Positions 37,068 to 45,469 of a DNA stretch of 64,000 nt are shown here, piece after piece. A model generated the notes under the pieces. The model saw only the letters and a list, made by a program, of their open reading frames with translations. It was not told the DNA's origin and searched no databases. Source of the stretch: Faecalibacillus sp. (GTDB lineage Bacteria; Bacteroidota; Bacteroidia; Bacteroidales; UBA932); the NCBI GenBank assembly GCA_963604635.1, contig CAVCRS010000001.1, positions 9,868-73,867 of the forward strand, in the 5' to 3' direction. The translations under genes were made by a program, and so were the position numbers. Within the stretch, counting starts at the first letter, position 1, and every line of letters begins with the position of its first letter.

Positions 37068-38366
37068 CTAAAGGGTAGTCAGAACGAAATTTCTCCAGAG
37101 CAGCTTGATATTGTTGCCGTCGTGGATCTGAAGCATGATACGGCCGTCTTTCGAGCCGATAAGTTCATCGTTGATGTCGATCATCGCCTCACCGTTCAGC
37201 CAGGTCTTTACGTTGTCACCTTCCACTCTGAGTCTGAGAGTGTTCCATTCTCCCTCGCGAAGGATTTCCTCCTTCTCGTCAGGAATCTGGACCAGCCAGC
37301 CGCGGCCGTAGGACTCATAAATTCCACCTGTATCGCTGCCTTTCGGAGCCACTTCGCACTGCCATCCGTTGACGATATTGTTCTGGTAACCGCCTTCCAC
37401 GAAAGAGTGGAAGAACAGACCGGAATTGCCGTTGGAACACTGCTTGAACTCGACTGTCAGGTCAAAGTTCTTGTAATATTCCCTGGTTCCGAGATAGCCA
37501 TAGCGCAGGTCCTCTCCGTTTTCGGTGACGAGATTACCCTCCTCATCGACTCCGGTGCGCATACTTCCGAACAGCTCCCATCCGTGAAGGTCCTTGCCGT
37601 TGAACAGACTGATCTGCCTGCCTGCACTCTTGTCAGGAAGTTCCTTGATCTTGATGTTGCGGAACGATGCCGGATCACCGTGGTCCTGAAGGCAGATTAC
37701 ACCCTCGTGAGCCAGGCCGTATTCTGTGGCGTTGCCCCATTTGCCGCTTGCCTTTCTGGCGAACCAGTCATCGGTCCAGGCTTCGAATTCGAGTATCTTT
37801 TCACCGTTGAGCCAATGCTCGACGTGGCCATTGTCAAAGACAATCTTCGAGTTGTTCCATTCTCCCTGCGGATTGACGTGCATTTTGCTTTCATCCGGCA
37901 GATGCATAGCGTAGTCCACTCCCAGTTTCTGCCATTCCTGAAGCTTTTCAGGAGCGTTCACTTCCTCCCAACCCTCGTTGTCGATAAGCTGATATTCAGG
38001 GCCCGTTACATACGGAACGGAGAATTTCGGGCTTTCGACCACGTGGTAGAGCATTCCGCTGTTGCCGCCGTGAGTGAGTTTCCAGTCCCAGGAAAGCTCG
38101 AAGTTGCCGTATTTTTTATCAGTCACGATGTAGCCGGAACCGTCGGCACCGGTGCCTGAAGCCTGGATGCAACCATCGACAACTTTCCAGCCGTTGGTCA
38201 GCGAATCGCCGTTGTAGTCGCGCCAGCCGTCCAGATTTTCTCCGTTGAACAGGAGCACCCATCCGTCCGCCTTTTCAGCCGACGTGAGCGTGTTCGGTTT
38301 CTGTGCGCACGAAACTAAAGCCGCAGCAGTAAGCGCTGCAATAACAAAAAATGAATTCTTTCTCAT
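37068..38366 (-). CDS. Tandem DUF1080 (3-keto-disaccharide hydrolase family) lipoprotein
   Basis: LVSC lipobox; two domains, each with LFNG..L.GW, NF.L..E/DWK/FK..GNSG, (EYQ/QCE), GEWN, G.I.LQ.H. Confidence 0.92.
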   Translation of the reverse strand: MRKNSFFVIAALTAAALVSCAQKPNTLTSAEKADGWVLLFNGENLDGWRDYNGDSLTNGWKVVDGCIQASGTGADGSGYIVTDKKYGNFELSWDWKLTHGGNSGMLYHVVESPKFSVPYVTGPEYQLIDNEGWEEVNAPEKLQEWQKLGVDYAMHLPDESKMHVNPQGEWNNSKIVFDNGHVEHWLNGEKILEFEAWTDDWFARKASGKWGNATEYGLAHEGVICLQDHGDPASFRNIKIKELPDKSAGRQISLFNGKDLHGWELFGSMRTGVDEEGNLVTENGEDLRYGYLGTREYYKNFDLTVEFKQCSNGNSGLFFHSFVEGGYQNNIVNGWQCEVAPKGSDTGGIYESYGRGWLVQIPDEKEEILREGEWNTLRLRVEGDNVKTWLNGEAMIDINDELIGSKDGRIMLQIHDGNNIKLLWRNFVLTTL

Positions 38367-38376
38367 ATCAGTGATA

Positions 38377-38913
38377 TTAATTATGTGTTTCCAAACCGAA
38401 TATTTCCGGAAATGCTGCTGTCAGCTCCGCCGGGACGATTTCGCGCAGTGGCTTCATAACGAACTCTCTTTCTGCCATCAGCGGATGCGGCACCGTCAGG
38501 CGCGGCAGCGAAAAGCGCTGAGTCCCGATGAACAGGACATCTATATCGATGATTCTGGAGTGATAGACCCTGCGTCCGTTCACATCGTACTGCACATTCT
38601 GCACGCGGCCCATCTCCGTCTCTATTCCCTTAACCGTGTCCAGAAGCGCCAGAGCCTGCCGCTCGGAGAATTCAGAAGTTTGCATTGGACGCGACAGCGG
38701 CCGCGGAAAAAGTTCGCACGACAGGTCATAGCGGAGCACGCAGTTGAGGAAATCTTCGCCGTCGAAGCCCCACGCGGGCGTTTCGATTACGCTCGACTTT
38801 GCCCGGACGCAAGCGTCCAATGCAGCATCGAGCCTCCGCTCGGCTTCGGCGAGGTTTGCGCTGCGGTCTCCGAGATTGGTTCCGAGTGCGAAATATACCG
38901 GAACACTATGCAT
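38377..38913 (-). CDS. folK: 2-amino-4-hydroxy-6-hydroxymethyldihydropteridine diphosphokinase
   Basis: YFALGTNLGD, ETPAWG, FLN, IETEMGR, RIIDIDVL, LTVPHP.MAEREFV..PL.EI. Confidence 0.92.
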   Translation of the reverse strand: MHSVPVYFALGTNLGDRSANLAEAERRLDAALDACVRAKSSVIETPAWGFDGEDFLNCVLRYDLSCELFPRPLSRPMQTSEFSERQALALLDTVKGIETEMGRVQNVQYDVNGRRVYHSRIIDIDVLFIGTQRFSLPRLTVPHPLMAEREFVMKPLREIVPAELTAAFPEIFGLETHN

Positions 38914-39323
38914 CAGGCACTTGGAGTCTCTTCCGGCTGCGCCGCGTCATCGAAATCGACGTCGAAGCCCAGAGTTACTTTAGCCTCATCCGACATCATA
39001 CTCTGGTCCCAGACCGGCTCGAAAACCAGGTCGATGCTGCAGCCTTTCACATTCGGGACATCCTCGACATTCCGCTTCACCTCCGCCATCACCTCATCGG
39101 CCATAGGGCAGTTCGGAGCGGTGAACGTCATCTTGATATAGACTTCCCTCGATTTTCGGATGTTCAGTTCGTAAATCAGTCCGAGGTCATAGATGTTCAC
39201 CGGAATCTCCGGGTCATAGACCTGCTTGAGGGCGAGAATCACGTTCTCATAGAGAGGGGTAAGTTCCTTGACATCCTCTGCCGTAAGCACTTCCCCGTTA
39301 TTCTTTACTTCGTTTTCCTCCAT
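38913..39323 (-). CDS. sufT: DUF59/SufT Fe-S cluster assembly protein
   Basis: LKQVYDPEIPVNIYDLGLIY, MTFTAPNCP, LVFEPVW..MMSDEAK. Confidence 0.9.
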   Translation of the reverse strand: MEENEVKNNGEVLTAEDVKELTPLYENVILALKQVYDPEIPVNIYDLGLIYELNIRKSREVYIKMTFTAPNCPMADEVMAEVKRNVEDVPNVKGCSIDLVFEPVWDQSMMSDEAKVTLGFDVDFDDAAQPEETPSA

Positions 39324-39382
39324 TTTATCGTATGCTGCCAGGCTCGGTCGCGAGCCGTTTTCTTTAATTTTTTATACAAATC

Positions 39383-39802
39383 TTAAATCAGCGATGCCGC
39401 CGCGCTGCGGATCGTGGCTATCATCGAAACGAGTCCGTTGGCTCTGGTCGGAGAGAGATTCTCCTTCAGTCCGATCCTGTCCAGGAACGAGAAATCATCT
39501 GCTGCGATTTCAGCCGGAGTGCGGCCGGAATATACGCTCACGAGCAGAGAGATTATGCCTTTGGTGATGATGGCGTCGCTGTCCGCGCTGAAATAGAGTT
39601 TCCCGTTCTCGCATTTCCAGTCCAGCCAGACTCGGGACTGACATCCCTTGATGAGCCTGTCATCCGTCTTTTTGCTTTCATCTAAAGGCTGGAGATTCTT
39701 TCCCAGATCGATGAGATATTCATATTTGTCGAGCCATTCGTCATAGAGGGAAAAATCCTCCACGACCTGCTCCTGTACTTCTTTCAGTGATTTATCTTCC
39801 AT
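39383..39802 (-). CDS. sufE: SufE cysteine desulfuration protein
   Basis: W.DKYEYLIDLG, IKGCQSRVW, ADSDAIITKG, LSPTRANG. Confidence 0.95.
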   Translation of the reverse strand: MEDKSLKEVQEQVVEDFSLYDEWLDKYEYLIDLGKNLQPLDESKKTDDRLIKGCQSRVWLDWKCENGKLYFSADSDAIITKGIISLLVSVYSGRTPAEIAADDFSFLDRIGLKENLSPTRANGLVSMIATIRSAAASLI

Positions 39803-39805
39803 ATT

Positions 39806-41032
39806 CTATTTCAGCATTTCGATGGCCCGGTTCAGGCTCCTGATGAAATATTCGGCCTCTTCGAGAGTGTTGTACGGCAGGAAGGAAGCCCTTACCATTC
39901 CTGTCACACCATAGCGGTCCATTAGCGGCTCCGCGCACATCTGGCCGGATCTGACAGCCACTCCCATCTTGTCCAGAATCAGCGCAAGGTCCTCGTGGTG
40001 AGCGCATTCCACTGTAAAGGAGAAGAGAGCGACCTTGTCAGATGTTCCACGGGGAACACCGAAAAGGCGTATCCTGCTGTCGGAAGTCAACGCATCCAGA
40101 ACGTAGTCGCGAACAGCCCCGTATTCTTTCTGTATCTCGCTGTCATTCATTGCTTTGAGCATCTCGATAGCCTGCACGAGCGTCGGAGTTCCGGCTATGT
40201 TCTGAGTTCCGGCTTCGAATTTCTGGGGAAGCGGCGCGAAGGTCGTGCGCGCGAAGCTGACATTGCCTATCATCTCGCCGCCGCCGAGGAAAGGAGGCAT
40301 ATTTTCCAGAAGTTCGCGTCTGCCGTAAAGCACTCCCGTGCCCGGCGCCGCGAACAATTTGTGCCCTGAGAAGGCGTAGAAGTCGCAGCCTGTTTTCTGT
40401 ACGTCGATCCCGCCGTGCAGAACTCCCTGCGCTCCATCGATCAGCACCTTACAACCCCTTGAATGACAAAGAGTTACTATCTTCTCTACAGGATTTGTAA
40501 GTCCCAGTACATTCGATATCTGGGCGATGCAGAGTATTCTGGTTCTGTCCGTAAGCAGGCTCTCCAGAATGTCAAGTCTCGGATAACCGTCCTCATCCAC
40601 AGGCAGGACTTTCAGTATGGCTCCCTTTCTGTCACAGGCGAACTGCCAGGGAACTATATCGGAGTGATGTTCGCTTTCGCAGACTATGACTTCATCTCCC
40701 TCGTGGATATAAGCTTCTGAGAATGAGTATGCTACAAGATTGAGCGACTGTGTCGCTCCGGAAGTGAAGATGATTTCGGCCGTGCTGTCCGCATTCAGGA
40801 ACTTTCGCACCGCTTCGCGTGCGGCCTCATACTGCTCCGTTGCGTCCGCGGCGATTTTGTGGACTGCGCGGTGGAGGTTTGCGCTGCAGCTGGAGCTGAG
40901 TTCGTTCCACCTGCCGATGACGCTGCGGGGACGCAGGGACGTGGCGGCGTTGTCCAGATAGACAAGCGGCTTGCCATATACCCGGACGTCCAGCTGAGGA
41001 AAACAGCTTCTGAGTTCTTCGATTTTCGACAT
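39806..41032 (-). CDS. sufS: SufS cysteine desulfurase
   Basis: LVYLDNAATS, EHHSDIVPWQ, DGAQ, FSGHK (PLP Lys), KFEAGT, RSGQMCA (catalytic Cys), RASF..YNT; start MSKIEEL. Confidence 0.94.
   Translation of the reverse strand: MSKIEELRSCFPQLDVRVYGKPLVYLDNAATSLRPRSVIGRWNELSSSCSANLHRAVHKIAADATEQYEAAREAVRKFLNADSTAEIIFTSGATQSLNLVAYSFSEAYIHEGDEVIVCESEHHSDIVPWQFACDRKGAILKVLPVDEDGYPRLDILESLLTDRTRILCIAQISNVLGLTNPVEKIVTLCHSRGCKVLIDGAQGVLHGGIDVQKTGCDFYAFSGHKLFAAPGTGVLYGRRELLENMPPFLGGGEMIGNVSFARTTFAPLPQKFEAGTQNIAGTPTLVQAIEMLKAMNDSEIQKEYGAVRDYVLDALTSDSRIRLFGVPRGTSDKVALFSFTVECAHHEDLALILDKMGVAVRSGQMCAEPLMDRYGVTGMVRASFLPYNTLEEAEYFIRSLNRAIEMLK
40043..40058. promoter_or_regulatory. parS-like site (1 mismatch) inside sufS
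   Basis: TGTTCCACGGGGAACA versus consensus TGTTNCACGTGNAACA. Confidence 0.65.
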
Positions 41033-41123
41033 AAATTTCGACTTGTATATAGTCTTTGCAAACTGCAAAATTACAAAAGATTGAGTAAATTTGTGGACTT
41101 GAAAAGGAATAAATGTTCTCGTT

Positions 41124-41717
41124 ATGATAGATTACATCAATGGTAAAATTGCAGAGCTCACCCCTACTTTTATGGTAGTGGATAATTCAGGTATCGGTTA
41201 CGGTGTGGAGATTTCACTTCTGACCTATCAGGCTCTGGATGGTAAGGAAAGTGCAAAAGTATTTATCTATCAATCCGTTAACCAGCGTGATTCGACGGAA
41301 GTGATGTATGGTTTCGCTTCGAAGGATGAGCGCGAGCTTTTCAAGCTTATCATAGGGGTTTCCGGTATCGGTGCGGCTTCGGCGAGGATCATTCTCTCGT
41401 CGCTCACTCCTGACGAGCTGCGCGATGCGATTCTTTCGGAGAACATCACCCGGCTGAAGAGCATAAAGGGTATCGGTCTGAAGAGCGCGCAGAGGATGGT
41501 TCTGGAGCTCAAGGATAAGATCGTGAAGGGTGAAGGCGCGGATGTGCAGCTGCCGGTCAAGGTCGATAACAACGCGGATATTGAGGAGGCGACAAGCGCT
41601 CTGCAGATGCTGGGGTTCTCGCGTCCGAACATTCAGAAAGCCGTTCAGGCGGTTCTCAAGGAAGAGCCCGACGCCAAAGTCGAAAAGATTATCAAAGAAG
41701 CCCTCAAGCGGCTTTAA
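41124..41717 (+). CDS. ruvA: Holliday junction branch migration protein RuvA
   Basis: MIDYING, GIGY, YGF...ERELF.LI.VSGIG, IKGIGLKSAQRMVLELKDK, EEA.SAL..LGF. Confidence 0.96.
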   Translation: MIDYINGKIAELTPTFMVVDNSGIGYGVEISLLTYQALDGKESAKVFIYQSVNQRDSTEVMYGFASKDERELFKLIIGVSGIGAASARIILSSLTPDELRDAILSENITRLKSIKGIGLKSAQRMVLELKDKIVKGEGADVQLPVKVDNNADIEEATSALQMLGFSRPNIQKAVQAVLKEEPDAKVEKIIKEALKRL

Positions 41718-41741
41718 AGAATCAAGATTCAAAATTATTTG

Positions 41742-41981
41742 CGCTCTCAGCGGCTGCCACAACAGTCTCCGAGAGCGTAATCATTTTCCTCGGCCGCTTC
41801 GCGTCCAATGCTGATTTCAGCGGTCGGCAGCTCTGCGCCTGCGGGACTCCGCTCACTTCATTCGCTCCGGTCCTCCCACTGTATCCTGCGTCCCGCTTCG
41901 CGGAACTGGTCTCCAGCGGGTCCCTCCCGCTATACTTGTCCGCGGATGGACAAGCCCGCAGGCGCAGACTACTGACCACTG
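41742..41981. repeat. Multi-stem structured intergenic element (REP/MITE-like or ncRNA)
   Basis: Perfect 14-bp stem TCTGCGCCTGCGGG/CCCGCAGGCGCAGA extended by an imperfect stem, enclosing several small hairpins; two GCTTCGC motifs. Confidence 0.6.
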
Positions 41982-42006
41982 CCGTGAATATTACAATAAA
42001 ATGTAA

Positions 42007-44061
42007 CTATCTGCCGAAATAGACGAGGAGGACAGAGATGTCGGCGGGGGATACGCCGGAGATGCGGGAGGCCTGGGCGATGGTCGTCGGGCGATACTTC
42101 TTCATCTTCTGACGGCACTCGATGGTCATACCGGTGACCTTGTCGAAATCGAAATTCTCCGGGATTTTCAGATCCTCCAGACGATGCAGCTTCTCGGCCA
42201 AAAGCCTCTCGCGCTCGATATAACCGCTATACTTCAGCGAAATTTCCACAGACTCCACAACCTCTTTTCTGAGCATTTCGCTGAAGCCCTCGGCAGCCTC
42301 GGCGAGAACTCCCCTATCCTCACGATAACCGCAATTCGACTTCAGAACCTCAACGGCGTCAGCATAGGAAGAGCCCTCGAGTTCTGAAGGAAGCTGTTTC
42401 GAATCGAGAATATAATCAGCATAATCTTCAAGAACAGGCTCCTGAAAATCGAGTAAATTTTTAGAAGATGTTCCACGTGGAACACTTTCCAAAAGAGAGA
42501 CAAGAGAAACTTCAGGACGGGCGGCAATCTCAGAAATCTTTTTAGAATCCGTAAGAGGAGATGAACCTATCGACTCGAGGAACGGATTTGCCTGTCGTGC
42601 CGTAAGATTTTTAGACTCGACATAATCCGTGAGAGAGCGGACTCTCCCGTACTTTCGCATAGTGAAATCATAACGGAAATCATCGGCAAGTCCTATCTCG
42701 TGAGAACGGGAAGTCAGACGCTCATCGGCATTGTCCTGCCTCAGAAGAATACGATACTCAGCGCGGGAAGTGAACATCCTGTAAGGCTCATCGACTCCCT
42801 TAGTGATAAGATCATCTATCAGAACCCCGATATAGGACTCATCACGGGAAAGAATAAAAGGATCACGCTCAGAGAGTTTCAAATGAACATTAATTCCAGC
42901 CATAAGTCCTTGAGCAGCAGCCTCTTCGTAGCCTGTAGTACCGTTTACCTGACCCGCAAGGAACAGATTCTCAATACATTTCGATTCCAGAGAAGCCTTA
43001 AGCTGGGTCGGATCGAAATAATCATACTCGACAGCATAGGCAGGACGGAACACTTTCACATTTTCGAGGCCGGCGATGGAATGAAGAGCATCCATCTGCA
43101 CGCGCAGAGGCAGAGAGGAAGAAAAGCCCTGAAGGTAGTACTCCCCCGTATGGCGGCCTTCCGGCTCGAGGAAAAGCTGATGACTGTCCTTGTCAGGAAA
43201 GACGCGGAGCTTGTCCTCGATGCTCGGACAGTAACGCGGACCTTTGCCGTGAATCATACCTGTGAAAAGCGGAGACTCATCGAAGCCTCTGCGAAGGATT
43301 TCGTGAGTGTGTTCGTTGGTATGAAGGATGAAGCAAGGCATTTGGGGAGTTCCGTTCTGGACGGTGGAAAGATACGGAAGAAAAGAAAACTTTTCCGGCC
43401 GGTCATCTCCGACCTGTCGGAGAAGCGAAGATGTATCGACAGAGCGGATATCGATCCGGGGAGGGGTACCTGTTTTCATTCTCGAAGATTCGATCCCCAT
43501 CGAAACGAGCTGCTCGGTCAATCCGTGAGAAGCGGACTCCCCTATCCTGCCGCCCTCGAAACTGTGACGTCCGATAAAAAGACTGCCGCTGAGGAAAGTC
43601 CCGGCGGTCAGAACAACGGCGCGAGATTTAAAAATTGCGCCTGTGGTCGTACAAACTCCCGTAATTTTTCGATTCTCAAAGAGAAAAGAAATGGCGGAAT
43701 CAGCGTAAATATCTAATTTATAATTACTTTCGAGAATTTTCCGCCAGTTTCTGGAAAACTCGATTTTATCGCATTGCGCGCGCGGACTCCACATCGCCGG
43801 ACCCTTCGAGCGATTCAGCATTCTGAACTGGAGAGTCGAAGCATCAGTCACAATACCGGTATATCCGCCGAGTGCGTCGATCTCACGCACAATCTGTCCT
43901 TTGGCGATTCCGCCAATGGCAGGGTTGCAGGACATCTTGGCAAAGCCGAGCATATCCATCGAAATCAGAAGAACTGAAGATCCGAGACGTGAAGCAGCCA
44001 TCGCGGCCTCGCATCCGGCGTGTCCTCCCCCGACTACAATGACATCATAGGAAGTGTTCAT
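42007..44061 (-). CDS. mnmG: tRNA uridine-5-carboxymethylaminomethyl(34) synthesis enzyme MnmG (GidA)
   Basis: VVGGGHAGCEAA, MSCNPAIGG, GPRYCPSIEDK, AGQVNGTTGYEEAAAQG, EPYRMFTSRAEYR, RISGVSPADI. Confidence 0.97.
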   Translation of the reverse strand: MNTSYDVIVVGGGHAGCEAAMAASRLGSSVLLISMDMLGFAKMSCNPAIGGIAKGQIVREIDALGGYTGIVTDASTLQFRMLNRSKGPAMWSPRAQCDKIEFSRNWRKILESNYKLDIYADSAISFLFENRKITGVCTTTGAIFKSRAVVLTAGTFLSGSLFIGRHSFEGGRIGESASHGLTEQLVSMGIESSRMKTGTPPRIDIRSVDTSSLLRQVGDDRPEKFSFLPYLSTVQNGTPQMPCFILHTNEHTHEILRRGFDESPLFTGMIHGKGPRYCPSIEDKLRVFPDKDSHQLFLEPEGRHTGEYYLQGFSSSLPLRVQMDALHSIAGLENVKVFRPAYAVEYDYFDPTQLKASLESKCIENLFLAGQVNGTTGYEEAAAQGLMAGINVHLKLSERDPFILSRDESYIGVLIDDLITKGVDEPYRMFTSRAEYRILLRQDNADERLTSRSHEIGLADDFRYDFTMRKYGRVRSLTDYVESKNLTARQANPFLESIGSSPLTDSKKISEIAARPEVSLVSLLESVPRGTSSKNLLDFQEPVLEDYADYILDSKQLPSELEGSSYADAVEVLKSNCGYREDRGVLAEAAEGFSEMLRKEVVESVEISLKYSGYIERERLLAEKLHRLEDLKIPENFDFDKVTGMTIECRQKMKKYRPTTIAQASRISGVSPADISVLLVYFGR
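42469..42484. promoter_or_regulatory. parS centromere site inside mnmG
   Basis: Perfect palindrome TGTTCCACGTGGAACA. Confidence 0.85.
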
Positions 44062-44483
44062 TTCAGGAGGTATTTTCTCATCTCGAGATAGTAATTTTCT
44101 TTCTCACGCATCACGCGTTTCTCCTCGTCCGTATGGTCATCGTAACCGATGAGATGAAGAAGCCCGTGGACAATCACGCGGTTCAGCTCATCAGGAAACT
44201 CAGTTCCATAGAAAGAAGCATTCTCACGGACGGAATCCACGCTGATGAACAGGTCACCTGAAAGTTTGTTACCCTCGCAGTAGTCGAAAGTGATGATGTC
44301 GGTGAAATAATCGTGCTGGAGGTATTTGATGTTCACGTCCAGAATGTAAGGGTCGGAACAGAAGATGATGGAGATGTCACCCAGACGTTTGATCTCGCTC
44401 TCGGCGACCATTTTCAGCCAACGGTTGTTCAGCAGCTTGTTCTTGAATGTGAAGTCGGTGTCTTGAAGGTAATAAGTAACCAT
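44058..44483 (-). CDS. ybeY: rRNA maturation RNase YbeY
   Basis: HDYFTDIITF, GDLFIS, RVIVHGLLHLIGYDD. Confidence 0.95.
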   Translation of the reverse strand: MVTYYLQDTDFTFKNKLLNNRWLKMVAESEIKRLGDISIIFCSDPYILDVNIKYLQHDYFTDIITFDYCEGNKLSGDLFISVDSVRENASFYGTEFPDELNRVIVHGLLHLIGYDDHTDEEKRVMREKENYYLEMRKYLLK

Positions 44484-44700
44484 AATCTTAAGAAGCTAAT
44501 TTGAACGGTGTCGGAAATCATCCTGTCCGGCAACGCTGCAAAGGTAGGGATTTTTATCAGAAAAGGACCTTATGAAGCCTTTAAGGGGGTCAAAAAGAGG
44601 GAAAAAGGGCAAAGAAAGTTGAAGAGTTTGTTAAAAAATTGTTTTTGAAAAGAATTATTTCTACCTTTGGGAGTCTAATGGGATATTAAAAGAAAAAGAT

Positions 44701-45393
44701 ATGGAAGTTAAGAAAACAAGTAAAGCTAGTCTTGAGAACAAGAGACTGCTGTTTGTTGAAATCGGCTTCGTGGTTTCGCTTCTGGTAGTATGGGGAGCAT
44801 TCTCCTACAGTACAAGTGAGAAGGCAGAGGCGGTACTTCAGGCTGACACAGTTGTTGTAGAGGAAGAGGAAATGATTCCTATCACTCAGGAGACCCCTCC
44901 ACCACCTCCAGAAATCGCCAAGATTCCTGTACTCTCCGACCAGATCGATATCGTGGACGATGAAATCGAGGTAGATGACGACCTTTTCATGAACCTTGAG
45001 GACGACGCCAATATGGGTGTGGAAATCATGGACTATGTAGAGGAAGTTGAAGAGGAAGTAGTAGAAGAGGAAGCCATTCCGTTCCAGCTCATCGAGGACA
45101 AGCCTATGTTCCAGGGCAAGGATGCGAACTACTTCACCAAGTGGGTTAACCAGCAGCTTGTTTATCCTGAAATCGCCAAAGAGAACGGTGTACAGGGTCG
45201 TGTAACTCTCCAGTTCACCATTAATCCTGACGGATCGGTAAGCAACATCAAGGTTCTCCGCGGTGTCGATCCTTCACTTGACAAGGAAGCCGTACGCGTG
45301 GTTTCGATGTCACCGAAGTGGACTCCAGGAAAGCAGAGAGACCGTGCGGTCAAGGTTACATACACCTTCCCGGTTATCTTCAAGCTCCAGTAA
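44701..45393 (+). CDS. tonB: Energy transducer TonB
   Basis: N-terminal TM, PPPPP linker, YPEIAKENGVQGRV..F.I..DG, LDKEAVRVV, WTPGKQ. Confidence 0.93.
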   Translation: MEVKKTSKASLENKRLLFVEIGFVVSLLVVWGAFSYSTSEKAEAVLQADTVVVEEEEMIPITQETPPPPPEIAKIPVLSDQIDIVDDEIEVDDDLFMNLEDDANMGVEIMDYVEEVEEEVVEEEAIPFQLIEDKPMFQGKDANYFTKWVNQQLVYPEIAKENGVQGRVTLQFTINPDGSVSNIKVLRGVDPSLDKEAVRVVSMSPKWTPGKQRDRAVKVTYTFPVIFKLQ

Positions 45394-45410
45394 GGAAAAT
45401 GAAACTCATA

Positions 45411-45441
45411 AAGAAGGCTGTCCAAAAGGATGGCCTTTTTT
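45411..45441 (+). terminator. Intrinsic terminator after tonB
   Basis: AAGGCTGTCC-AAAA-GGATGGCCTT followed by a T run. Confidence 0.7.
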
Positions 45442-45469
45442 AGTGTAAAAACTTGACTATATTATAATT

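Noticed and set aside
39930..39960. SufS RSGQMCA instead of RxGHHCA
   Set aside because: Catalytic Cys and PLP Lys are intact; treated as an ordinary family variant
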